DNA of 64,000 nt. Source: an uncultured delta proteobacterium (GTDB taxonomy: Bacteria > Desulfobacterota > Syntrophorhabdia > Syntrophorhabdales > WCHB1-27). Below are positions 9,826 to 20,071 of the stretch, one piece after another. The position numbers were made by a program, and so were the translations under genes. Under the pieces are notes generated by a model. It saw only the letters and a program-made list of their open reading frames with translations. It was not told where the DNA came from and did no database searches. Location of the stretch: positions 96,001-160,000 of the forward strand of contig CAWEPK010000001.1 in assembly GCA_963810935.1 (NCBI GenBank). The letters are read 5' to 3'. The number at the start of each line of letters is the position of its first letter. Position 1 is the stretch's first letter.

Positions 9826-11284
9826 ATGCAAAACCAGGAGCAGTTGGAAAAAATCGTAGGAAAGAGGAACATGAGCGACGCGCCGGAGACCCTCTCGCGG
9901 TATTCGAGCGATTATAGCTTGGTTCCCTCGGGGATGCCCGACGTAGTCGTGCAGCCTAAGGACAACGAAGAAGTATCGGCAGTGGTGAAATGGGCCAACG
10001 AGAATGACGTGCCGGTAATCCCGGTCAGCTCGCCGGTCCATTTTTACGGCTGCACGATACCCAAGCAGGGCGGAGTGGTCGTCGATCTGGCCAAAATGAA
10101 CAAGATTTTTGAGATCGACACATACAACCGCAGGGTAAGGATAGAGCCGGGCGTAACCTGGAAGCAGTTGACGGACGAGCTGAGCAAGAAAGGCATGAGG
10201 ATGATCATGCCCTTACTGCCTCTGGCCGAGCGGTCCGTGCTTACCGATTACCTCGAGCGCGAAGTGCCGACCAATACCGTATACGACTACGGCGAGCCGA
10301 CCCAGAGCTTCGAGTCTGGTTTGGCCGACAGGCGAGATATTCAGGCTCGGCTCCGCGAGCGTCAACGGCTACCCCGACTCGCAATCGAAGGGCGCCAACC
10401 CTTCGGGCCCGGGCCTCGACTTCTACCGCTTCCTGCAGGGCGCCCAGGGCACGATGGGCATCGTCACGTGGATGAACCTCAAGATCGAGTTCGAGACGAC
10501 GATCGACAAGATTTACTGCGCGCCCGTCGAAGACCTCGCGTACGTCCAGGAATTCCTGTACAGGCTCCTGCCGAGGAGAATAGGGCAGGAAGTCGTCCTC
10601 CTGAACAACGTCGATATGGCTGCAATCCTGGCCGAAAAGTGGCCGGACGATTTCGAGAAGCTGCGTGCGGCTCTGCCGCCGTGGTCCCTCGTCATGATAA
10701 TCAGCGGACTCAAGAGACGGCCGGAAGAGAAGGTGGCTTACGAAGAGAAGTACCTCAACAACCTTATCAAGACCGAGTTCCAGAAGATCAAGCTGTCCGA
10801 CAGCCTCGCGGGCTTCCCGGGAGCGGGCCGTAAGCTCCTCTCGATGCTGCGCAAGCCGTGGCCTTCCAACAAGCCTTACTGGAAAAACGCTTGGAAGGGC
10901 GGCAGCCAGAGCCTCTTCTTCATCGGCAGGCCGAACGTAACGCCGCTCTACGTCGAGATCGTAGAGGAAGTGGCGGCGAGATACGGCTATCCTATGGCGG
11001 ACATCGGCATGTATATCCAGCCCATAGAGCACAACCGCGCGGCTCATGTCGAGTTTACGTTCTTCCACGACCCGGACGACGCCGAGCAAAAGGCGGCCGT
11101 CGGCGCCCTCTATATAGAGGCGGCGAAGGCCCTGATGGCCGAAGGCGGCTTCTTCTCGCGGCCTTACGGTGACCTGGCCCCCATCGTGTACGAAAGGGCG
11201 GCGGGTTACACGACGGCCCTCAAGCGGGTAAAGAAGGTCTTCGACCCGAAGAACGTCCTGAACCCCGGAAATCTCTGTTTCTAA
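9826..11284 (+). CDS. FAD-binding oxidoreductase (GlcD/VAO family), +1 frameshift near 10315
   Basis: P.VVV.P FAD-binding N-terminus. Continues in the next frame as LVWPTGEIFRLG...GAQGTMGIVT...FDPKNVLNPG. Confidence 0.85.
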
Positions 11285-11294
11285 GGAGGATACG

Positions 11295-12611
11295 ATGCCA
11301 AAAGATCGCTTCGATACACCTAAAAAGCCGGTCGCCCTGGACGTGACCGCCCTTGATAACTTTGCATACGACATGAGTCGCTGCATCAAGTGCAAAGGCT
11401 GCTACTGGGTAGAACATACCTATATGCCCGGCGTCCGGTTCAGCACCCGGTGCCCGAGTAACGTTTGGAACGATTTCGATTCTTATGGCGCTTTCGGCAA
11501 ATGTAGGATCGGTCTGGCCGTCCTTGACGGCAAGCTGAAGTGGACGCCGAAGCTCCTGGAGATCATTTACGCAGACCCCCTGTGCGGCGCTTGCGACGTG
11601 GGCTGCAAGAGGAACCTCGACCTCGAGATAGAGCTTACACTGGAGGCGCTCCGTGTAAGGGCCGTCCAGGACGGCGCGGGCCCCATGCCTGCCCACAAGA
11701 AGATAGCCGAGAACATCGATAAGAAGCAGAACCAGTTCGGCGCGCCCGCCGCTAACCGCAAGAAATGGGTCACCAAAGACATCAAGGTTGCGCCGAAGGC
11801 GGACGTCCTTTATTTCGCGGGCTGCTCCTCGTCCTACGTCAACCCGGAGATCGCCCAGGCGACTGCCAAGATCCTGAACGGGTCCGGCACGCCTTTCATG
11901 ATGCTCGCAAACGAGTCGTGCTGCGGCAACACGGTTTATTCCGTCGGCATGGTCAAAGAGACCAAGAAGATCGCCAAGGCCAACATAGATAAGGTCAAGG
12001 CGAGCGGGGCGAAGGTGCTCCTGACGAGCTGCGCCGAGTGCTACAGGACGTGGAAGGTCGATTATCCGAAAGTCCTTAATATATCGACGGACGACCTCGG
12101 GTTTAAGGTTGTCCACCTCATAGAGTTTGCCGACGACCTGATGAAGGCCGGCAAGCTGAAACTCAAGAAAGCCCAGGACATCAGGATGACCTACCATGAC
12201 TCGTGCGGCGTCAGCAGGCTTTGCGACCCGTGGACACCCTGGAAAGGCGAGAGGGGCTGGATGGGTATGGTGGAGCCCAGGCTGAAAAGGCGCCGGGGTA
12301 CGACCGGCCTGTACGCCCAGCCGAGGAACCTCCTGTCCGCCATTCCGGGCGCGCAGTTGGTCGAGATGCCGCGCATAAGAGAGAACGCATTTTGCTGCGC
12401 GGCCGGCCGCGGCACAAAAGCCGCCTTCCCGGACCTCGCCAACTCCTCCGCCAGACTGCGGCTGGAAGAAGTGAGGGAAGTGGGAGCAGAGGTGCTCGTC
12501 TCAGCCTGCCCGTGGTGCAAGCAGAACTTCAGCCAGGCGGTCAGGGAGAACGGCGATGGCGTCAAGGTCATGGACATCGCCGAAGTTATCGCTGCCTCGA
12601 TGAAGGCTTAA
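11295..12611 (+). CDS. (Fe-S)-binding CCG-domain protein (GlcF/HdrD-like)
   Basis: CIKCKGC, LCGACDVGC, YFAGC, CCG, YHDSC, CCAAG and ACPWC motifs. Confidence 0.9.
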   Translation: MPKDRFDTPKKPVALDVTALDNFAYDMSRCIKCKGCYWVEHTYMPGVRFSTRCPSNVWNDFDSYGAFGKCRIGLAVLDGKLKWTPKLLEIIYADPLCGACDVGCKRNLDLEIELTLEALRVRAVQDGAGPMPAHKKIAENIDKKQNQFGAPAANRKKWVTKDIKVAPKADVLYFAGCSSSYVNPEIAQATAKILNGSGTPFMMLANESCCGNTVYSVGMVKETKKIAKANIDKVKASGAKVLLTSCAECYRTWKVDYPKVLNISTDDLGFKVVHLIEFADDLMKAGKLKLKKAQDIRMTYHDSCGVSRLCDPWTPWKGERGWMGMVEPRLKRRRGTTGLYAQPRNLLSAIPGAQLVEMPRIRENAFCCAAGRGTKAAFPDLANSSARLRLEEVREVGAEVLVSACPWCKQNFSQAVRENGDGVKVMDIAEVIAASMKA

Positions 12612-12621
12612 GGAGGGAGTC

Positions 12622-14233
12622 ATGCCTATATCTAAACAAGCATTCAACGCGCTGAACTCCGTCGTCGGCGAGAAATATATCTCCGATGACCCCGCTATCT
12701 GCGAGGGATACAGGTCGGGACCGGGTGGGTATGAGGCCGGCTGCGGCTACGAGCGGGTCATGTGTACGATCCCCGCGGTCGTGATACTGCCCCGGACCAC
12801 GGAAGAAGTGCAGAAGATCGTTAGGATCTGCAACCGCTACAAGGTGCCCTATGTTCCTTACAGCACCGGGTTTTACGGGCCGCGCTCCCATTGCCACGTG
12901 GAGAACGAGCTCCTTATCGACCTGAAGCGGCTTAACGATTATGAGATCGACGAGAAGCACCTGTACGCGGTCGTCGGGACGGGCGTTATTTACTCGCCCT
13001 TCCAGCAGGAGGCGTTCAACCACGGCGGCTACGGCATCATCGGCGGCGGCGGCGCGCAGGCGTCCGTTATCGCCAACCTGATCGGCGACGGCTGGTCGCC
13101 CCTGTCGCACAGGGTCGGGCTGCCGCACAGGAGGATCCTCGGAACGGGAGCTGGTCCTTCCCGATGGAGAGATAGTGAAGATGGGCTCCCTCGCAGTCGG
13201 CGACGACCCGTTCTGGGGCGACGGCCCCGGCCCGGACCTCAGGGGCTTGCTCAGGGGCTTCACGGGCCTGCGCGGCTGCCTCGGCATCGTCACGAAAATG
13301 GCCGTGAAGCTGTTGCCCTTCCAGCCGGAAAGGCTCGAGCCGACGGGCATCGCGCCGAATACGGGCCTGAGCTTGCCTGAGAAGCGTGTGAAGTGGATTA
13401 ATTTCCAGATGCCGACAAAAGAAGCCCAGGTGAAGGGCATGCTCGCGATAGGCCATGCGGAGGTGGCCGGCGCCGTGACGAAGGTGCCCCTCTTCTGGAG
13501 GGCGATTGCCAAGGCGGAGTGCAAGGAAGAGTTCTGGGACATCTGGGGTAAGGAGAACGAGGATACCATCAAAAACTTTTTCATCCTGCGGGTCCTGCTC
13601 ATCGGCTTTACCTCCGAAGAGCAGATGGAGTATGACGAAAAGGTGGTCAACGACATCATGGCGGAGTTGGGCGGCATCCCGAGACCGACCAAGCCGACCG
13701 ACGAGTCATGGCTCAAGAACGCGGACTCGGCGGGCATGTGGCTCATGACCGGCTCCTATATGTCGGTGGACTACATCATCGAGTCGATGTCGCAGGCGAC
13801 CGTCCACGGCGAGAGCTACGCGAAGGTTAAAAAAGGCTACACGCCTCCACTGATGCCCGACTACGGCGACCCGGGATGGTTCCAGAGCTTCGAGCTGGGC
13901 CACCAGGGCTACTCGGAATTCCTCATTTACTGGGACCACGACGAGGACACGAACGGCGTAGACCAGTTCTACATCGATACGTCGAAGATGAACATAAAAG
14001 AGCGGTATTACACATCGCTCCTCGGCCCTCACCAGCCGCTGTTCCTCACCGGGCCGAAGTACGGTCCGAACTACCACATATTCATGCTCAAGGTGAAGGA
14101 CGAATTCGACCCCATGTGGGTATGCCACCCGCCTGTACCGCTTGCGCACGACGAGTTCGTGGACAGGGCGCCGTGGATGAAGAAGATGAAGGATTGGGAG
14201 AGCCCCAAGAAGCTGCCCATGCCGAAGTGGTAA
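12622..14233 (+). CDS. Second FAD-binding oxidoreductase (GlcD/VAO family), +1 frameshift near 13147
   Basis: PAVVILPRTTEEVQ N-terminus. Continues as ELVLPDGEIVKMGS...GPGPDL...GCLGIVTK...FDP. Confidence 0.85.
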
Positions 14234-14289
14234 GACTGGCGGGATAGCGACAGAAGGCCGCCCGAGCGGGCGCCATCCGAAAGAACAGG

Positions 14290-14322
14290 CAGGCCGGGCC
14301 GTCATGGTCCGGCCTGTTTTTT
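14290..14322 (+). terminator. Rho-independent terminator
   Basis: CAGGCCGGGCC-GTCAT-GGTCCGGCCTG stem followed by T7. Confidence 0.75.
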
Positions 14323-14340
14323 TGGTGAGCGGGGTAACCG

Positions 14341-16201
14341 ATGGAAAAGAATAGGGCCTTTTCGGTGGAAGAAATCGCCTCCTACCTGGCTGGCCGCCTG
14401 GAACGGCGCCGGAAAGGGGTAGGGGGCAAAGCGGCCGCTCTCAGGCCGCCCGGCAGACAGGGCGGGAGAGCGGCGGGCCGGATAAAAGCCCCGCGCGACG
14501 GCGCCACGGCTGCGGTGGTTGCAGACAGGCTCGCCGGCCTTGTCCTGGAGAAGCAGGACCTTAATAGGCAGGTCATCGCCGACGAGCGCGCCTGCGCGGG
14601 GAAAGAGCGCTCGATAGGGCAGGGCGCACTCCTCGCTGCGATCGGTGCGCCGGAGGGCGCAGACCTGAAAGGCGCCGACCTTAAGGCGCTGGTCGCCCGC
14701 ATCGGCATCAGCCAGGGAGTGGAGAGGCTCGATTGAAGGGGCGAAAAAGCGGCTGGCCGATATCGACAGGGAGACGGCCGCGATGCTGGCCGACCCGGAG
14801 GTAGCGGAGGCCTACCGGAAGAAGACGGCGGACAGGATAGCCGTCATCCGTGCGGCCAGGGACGCCGAGAGCCTGCAAAAACTGATAGAGAAATCGGAGC
14901 TTGCACGGCTGCACCTCGTCGCCCACAGAAACGGGGCGGACCTCGTGCTGTCAGCGGCGGACGAGGAGACGGTAAGAAAGTACGCCGCAGTCTGCGGTGC
15001 TGCGCGCGAGAGGATCGAGCGCCTGATAGGGCGCGAGGACGTCTACTACGAGGCGAAGAGGCGCACCCTCCTCGAATACCGCCGCCAGCTCATGACGGGC
15101 GGGTTCGTGAGGACGGAAAGCGTGAAGGCGCAGATCATGCGGATCTTAAGCCACGTGCGACTGGGCATCCCCGTGTTCCTGCGGGGCCACCTGGGGGTCG
15201 GCAAGACGGAGACGGCGCTCCACGTATCGCGCGCCTACCTCGGGTTCGAGCCCGAGTTCATTTCAGGCTCCGAAGAGGCGACGAAGTACGATATCTACGG
15301 CCGGACGCAGATAGGCATAGGCAGCGACGAAGAGCGGCTTCAAGAGTACGCAAGGAGAATGGAAGAATACCGCCGCCTCCACCCGTCCGCCTCCGGCGCC
15401 GAATTGGGCGACGTCGAGCGCAGCTACTATCGGGCCATTGTCGTCCAGCGGCAGGCGACCAGCTTTTTCCAGTACGGCCCGCTCGTTCAGGCAATGAGAC
15501 AGGGCAAGCCGCTCATCATCGACGAGATGGACGGCATACCGCACTCGATACTGATGCGCATCAACCACGTCCTCACGAGAAGGGCGGGGGACCGCATCAA
15601 GGTGCAGGAGAACGGCGGCGAGGAAATAGCCGTAGAAAAGGGCTTCTGCGTGCTTGCGACAGGCAACGTGAAATCGGCCCGGTACAAGCGTGAGGAGCTC
15701 GATGCGGCCTTCCTGTCCAGATGGTGGTCCGAGGACGTGAGATATCCGCCGCAGGGCGAGGCTTACGAAATCCTTTTGGCCGCGCTGATAGACAAAAGGG
15801 GCGAGCTTCGGATGCGTGCGCCCGGCGGCCTCGAAGACCTCAAACGGCTTACGGAGGCGGCCGCCGAGATACAGCGTATTTTTACAGGCGAGCGGATCGA
15901 TTTCCTGGGCGAAGGTGCGGACGCGACAAGGGGTACGCCCGCGGGCTTAAAGAAAAGTGTCCTTTCCCTGCGCCACCTGTGGAACATCGTCAAGCCGTGG
16001 AAGGCGCACAATTACGACCGCCCGATAGACGACTATATCCTGAACGAGTTCATCAAGCCCGCAGTGGCCGAAGACCAGGTATACCTCGTGCAGTTGTTCT
16101 GCCGCTTCCGTTTTTTCAAGGACTGGACGGCAGACCGTTTCGAGATGCCCGGCCTTACGCCCGACAAGCTGGCTGCGTTCCAGGGAAGACAGGCACACTG
16201 A
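14341..16201 (+). CDS. MoxR/AAA_5-like AAA+ ATPase with N-terminal helical region; probably one gene with a +1 frameshift near 14710 (otherwise ORFs 14341-14736 and 14783-16201)
   Basis: Walker A GHLGVGKT, Walker B LIIDEMD, sensor ATGN and Arg finger DAAFLSR. Frame 2 is open from 14669 and overlaps the end of the frame-1 ORF. Confidence 0.75.
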
Positions 16202-16202
16202 G

Positions 16203-17633
16203 TTGACATCAACCAAAGACCCGGCACCCGCTATATCCTCACGGCGCATCGTCGATGCCCTCTACGGCCGGCCGGGCGCCGGCAGGGGCGCAAAAAGCAT
16301 CGAGGCCTTCAGGAAAAAAGGCATAGCCAAGCCTGCCCCGTTCGAGGCCCCTGTCTACGCGGGCGACGACCGGGAGTACGTCGTGGACCTTTCCGGGTTC
16401 GATGTAGTCAACGACCCTAGGGACGCAGGGGGCCGCATTGTTTTCCGGGCGACGCAGGGGGCAAAGGAATTCGTAGTCAACGAGAAGGGGGAAAAAGTCG
16501 GAGGCGAATTCGACGAGGCGAGCGACCCGCAGGTCATCGGCGACCGGTTTGCTTTCAGGGCCAGGCGCAGGGACAAGACGTTCATCGTCGGGGCGGACGG
16601 CGAGCGGGTAGGAGGGAAGTACGACGCAGTCGGCCTGCCCCGGTCCATAGGCGGTCATATCGCCTTCCGTGCGCGGCTCGGGGATAACTGCTTTATCGTG
16701 AGCGAGGACGGATCTCCGGCGGGCGGTGAATACGATAGCGTCGGCGACCCGCAGAACATAGGCGGCCGTATCGCATTCCGGGCGGTGCGGGGCGGCAGGG
16801 CGTTCATCGTGGACGGCAATGAGGTGGCGGGCGGTGAATACGATAGCGCAGGCGACCCGCAGAACGTGGAAGGGCGCGTCGTCTTCCAGGCGGCGGCAGG
16901 CGGAAGGCATTTTGTAATGGACGACGCAGGCCGCAGGATAGGAGGGGAATACGACTACGTAAGCCTGCCCCGGTCCATAGGCGGCCGCATCGCCTTCTGG
17001 GCGCGCCTCGGCACGCGATATTTCGTCGTAAGCGAAGACGCCGGCCGCGTGGGCGGAGAGTACGACTCAATCGGCGACCCGCAGGACATGGGCGGGCGCA
17101 TCGCATTCCGCGCGATGGAGCGGATGAAGTGGTTCATCGTCAACGAGAAAGGCGAGCGGGTAGGCGGCCTTTACGATTCCGTGCGCGACCCGGCTTACGT
17201 CTGCGACAGATGCGTCTTCTGGGCCATGCTCAGCCACCGCTACTTTATCGTCGATGAAAACGGCGCAAGGATTGGAGGGGAGTACGACATAGTGAGCGGC
17301 CCGCGCGCTATCGGCGGCCAGGTGGTCTTCAAGGCGGTGGACCGCTTCAGGCAGTTCATCGTGGGCGAGAAGGCGGAGCGGATGGGCGGCGACTACGCTT
17401 ACGTGAGCGCGCCCTATGACATCCACGGCAGGGTCATGTTCCGGGCGCGCTTCGATGCTGGTTTCTTTATCGCCGACGGAGCGGGCAGGAGAACCAGGCG
17501 CGAATACGACGCGATCCACACGCTGCGGCCGCTTGCCGGGGACCGGATGTATATCATCGCGAAAAAGCGGAACGCCTACATGAAAGAAACGTTTGCCATA
17601 GAGAAAGACATGGCCCGTATGGGGGCCGGGTGA
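16203..17633 (+). CDS. Tandem 37-aa repeat protein (beta-propeller/solenoid-like), no signal peptide
   Basis: 10-11 copies of GGEYDxVxxPxxIGGRIAFRAxxxxxxFIVxExGxR. TTG start directly follows the ATPase stop. Confidence 0.8.
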   Translation: MTSTKDPAPAISSRRIVDALYGRPGAGRGAKSIEAFRKKGIAKPAPFEAPVYAGDDREYVVDLSGFDVVNDPRDAGGRIVFRATQGAKEFVVNEKGEKVGGEFDEASDPQVIGDRFAFRARRRDKTFIVGADGERVGGKYDAVGLPRSIGGHIAFRARLGDNCFIVSEDGSPAGGEYDSVGDPQNIGGRIAFRAVRGGRAFIVDGNEVAGGEYDSAGDPQNVEGRVVFQAAAGGRHFVMDDAGRRIGGEYDYVSLPRSIGGRIAFWARLGTRYFVVSEDAGRVGGEYDSIGDPQDMGGRIAFRAMERMKWFIVNEKGERVGGLYDSVRDPAYVCDRCVFWAMLSHRYFIVDENGARIGGEYDIVSGPRAIGGQVVFKAVDRFRQFIVGEKAERMGGDYAYVSAPYDIHGRVMFRARFDAGFFIADGAGRRTRREYDAIHTLRPLAGDRMYIIAKKRNAYMKETFAIEKDMARMGAG

Positions 17634-19480
17634 TGAAGAAAATGTCGCGCGCCGTGGAGGCGCAGACTATAGAGGCGGCGGAAAGGTTCTTTGCCGATAA
17701 CAGGCAGGCCATCGCCGACTACGCGGAGTCCGCCGGCCTCGTCTTCGCTCCGGGGGAGCGCTGGTCGATAGACATGGCGGCCGGGCGCGGCACTTACGAG
17801 CCTGTTTTTTTCACGCGCCGAGGCTTCACGGCGGCAGAGAGCATGTGGGCGGTCTGCCACGAGATCGAGCACTTCAGGGACTGGCGCGCCGACCCGGAAG
17901 CCTACGCTGCGCTCTATAAAAGAATAGGCAGAGGGGGCAGGAGACTCGACCTCCTCTACCACGAGATCAACGACATCCTCGCGAACCGCGAGGAAGACCG
18001 CAGGTTCCCGGCCCACATCGAAACGCGCACCATGCTTTACGCGCGGAGGCTGATGCCCCAGACGGACTACACGAGAAGGCCCCGGCATCTGGCGTTCGTC
18101 GATGCTATCCTCAGGGAAAAGGTGCTGCCCGATGAAGAGGTTGCGTGTGTCCCGGAAGTGCGGGCGGAGCTGGACAGGCTGAGGAATATCGACGGCGAGG
18201 GGACGGACCTGATAGAGCTTGTATGTGACGCGGCGAGCCGCGCGGCGGACCGCTTCGATCTGATCAAGGACTACATCGAGCCTATATACGAGAGGTTCTT
18301 TCACCAGGACGTGGAGGAACGGGAGAGGGCGAAGCGGAAGAAGAAAAACGTCGCCGACGGTGACTCGGCAGAGCTGAGCATCGACGGCGCAAAGTCGGGG
18401 ACCGGCAAGGCCGAGGCCGAGGTGGACCCCATGTCTGCGGAGGAATTATTCGCAGGCGAGTACGATGAGGCGGAGCAAAGGCTTTCCAGGGCGCTCTCCC
18501 CTAAAGAGGTCAGAGAGGCCGTGGCTGCCGAGATAGAGCGCCGCAAGGAAGAGCTGAGAACGCCGGAAGAGATGGCCAGGCGCCAGTTCAGGGCGCTCCA
18601 CGGCGTGCCGGTGGAAGAGGTCGAAGACTACGCGGAGCAGTACGCGAAGGTGAGGGAGCATATCCTGCCCCTGCGGGCCGTCTTCGAGCGGGTAATAGCC
18701 AGGCGCAAGGAAGTGAGGCGGCGGCTCAAGGAGCGCACGGACCAGGGGGTCATCACCGACCCTTCGCTTCTCGCCCAGGCCTACATCGACAGTCTGAGCG
18801 GCATCGTCGATTCCCGCACGCAACTGGGCATCAGAATAGAGGAGCTTGACGAGCAACGGCCCCTCGATTTCGAGTTCACGCTGATCTGCGACGTCTCCGG
18901 CTCCATGAGCGAGAACTCACCCGGAGGCAAGAGCTACGAGCAGTGCCTTTGCGCCATTTTGATAACCGAAGCCCTCGACGAGTTCGAGAAGAAGCTCTAT
19001 GAACAGAGGCGCGAGCTGCTGGTCGATCTGCGCGTCTTCACGGAGGTGCGCGGCTTCGGCGCAGAGGACGAAGAGCTGAAAGGCATGAGCAACGCAATCG
19101 ACTACCGGACGCGCGTGGCCGTAAGCAGGCGGTTAGAGGCGTGCACGGGCAGGCGGACGGCCGATTACAAGTCGCTCGCCCACGTGGCCGCCGCCTTGGG
19201 CGGCGTGGCCGCGACTCCGGCAGAGGGCAGGGACCTGAAGAAAGCGGTTGTCCTTATCACGGACGGCGGCAGCGACGACCCGGCGCTGACGAAAGAGGCG
19301 AAAGGCAGGCTCGATACGCTGGGCGTCACGGTGAAGGCGATCCAGATAGGCGAACCGTCGAGCGAAGACATCGAAAAATTCAGGTACGTATGGGGAGACG
19401 ACGGCCTGCCATGCAAAGACGTCTCGCAACTGGCGGCGACGTTGGAGAAGTTGCTGGAAGGGTTGTTGGAAGATTTGTAG
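17630..19480 (+). CDS. HExxH putative metallopeptidase plus coiled coil plus C-terminal vWA domain protein
   Basis: CHEIEH followed by a downstream EINDI. MIDAS DVSGS, T.D and LITDG. Start overlaps the upstream stop. Confidence 0.85.
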   Translation: MMKKMSRAVEAQTIEAAERFFADNRQAIADYAESAGLVFAPGERWSIDMAAGRGTYEPVFFTRRGFTAAESMWAVCHEIEHFRDWRADPEAYAALYKRIGRGGRRLDLLYHEINDILANREEDRRFPAHIETRTMLYARRLMPQTDYTRRPRHLAFVDAILREKVLPDEEVACVPEVRAELDRLRNIDGEGTDLIELVCDAASRAADRFDLIKDYIEPIYERFFHQDVEERERAKRKKKNVADGDSAELSIDGAKSGTGKAEAEVDPMSAEELFAGEYDEAEQRLSRALSPKEVREAVAAEIERRKEELRTPEEMARRQFRALHGVPVEEVEDYAEQYAKVREHILPLRAVFERVIARRKEVRRRLKERTDQGVITDPSLLAQAYIDSLSGIVDSRTQLGIRIEELDEQRPLDFEFTLICDVSGSMSENSPGGKSYEQCLCAILITEALDEFEKKLYEQRRELLVDLRVFTEVRGFGAEDEELKGMSNAIDYRTRVAVSRRLEACTGRRTADYKSLAHVAAALGGVAATPAEGRDLKKAVVLITDGGSDDPALTKEAKGRLDTLGVTVKAIQIGEPSSEDIEKFRYVWGDDGLPCKDVSQLAATLEKLLEGLLEDL

Positions 19481-19712
19481 ATTCCGGGTGGTCTGACTCG
19501 AAAAATACGTGATCGTTTCTCGCGTCCATTGGTTCTAAAATAGCTTTTGCCCGTCGCCCAAGGGAAGGCGCAGAATGCTTTGTTCGCGGCGGCAGCGGCT
19601 GAGAGTGGAAAAATACTGAATGATTTATTCGGCACTCCAATACGGGAAATTAAGGGTGCTTTGTGCTATAATGGACCGAGGTGGGGTGCCGGACTGAGAC
19701 GCGGGGTGGATA

Positions 19713-20057
19713 ATGAAGAAGGAATATGTTGAGATTCTTTTTGAAGACGTAAAAGAGAAATTTGAATTGATCCTCGAAGGTCATGAAGGCCTGCGTCATG
19801 AAATCAGGGACGTGCGCCAAGAGATGAATGAGAAGTTCGAATTGGTTGACGTGAAGATTGGCGCGCTTAATAAGAAGATCGATCACGTGGCAGCCGATCT
19901 CAACGCGAAAATAGATCACGTAGCCGCTGATCTCGGTAGCAGAATAGATCACGTAGCCGCTGATCTCGGTAGCAAAATAGATAACGTAGCGGCTGACCTC
20001 TCCTCCCATCGGGCCGATACGGAAAGTCACCATAGAGGGTACAAAGTCTCGGAATAG
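19713..20057 (+). CDS. Small coiled-coil protein with 11-aa tandem repeats
   Basis: 4x (K/R)ID(H/N)VAADL. Extended -10 TGcTATAAT at 19664-19672. Confidence 0.75.
   Translation: MKKEYVEILFEDVKEKFELILEGHEGLRHEIRDVRQEMNEKFELVDVKIGALNKKIDHVAADLNAKIDHVAADLGSRIDHVAADLGSKIDNVAADLSSHRADTESHHRGYKVSE
19875..20000 (+). repeat. 33-bp tandem repeat, about 4 copies, in coding sequence
   Basis: AGATCACGTAGCCGCTGATCTCGGTAGCA(G/A)AAT-like units. Confidence 0.85.
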
Positions 20058-20071
20058 CTTCAGCCTTTATC

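Noticed and set aside
19875..20000. Possible CRISPR array
   Set aside because: The repeats are contiguous, in-frame and lack unique spacers. No cas genes are present.
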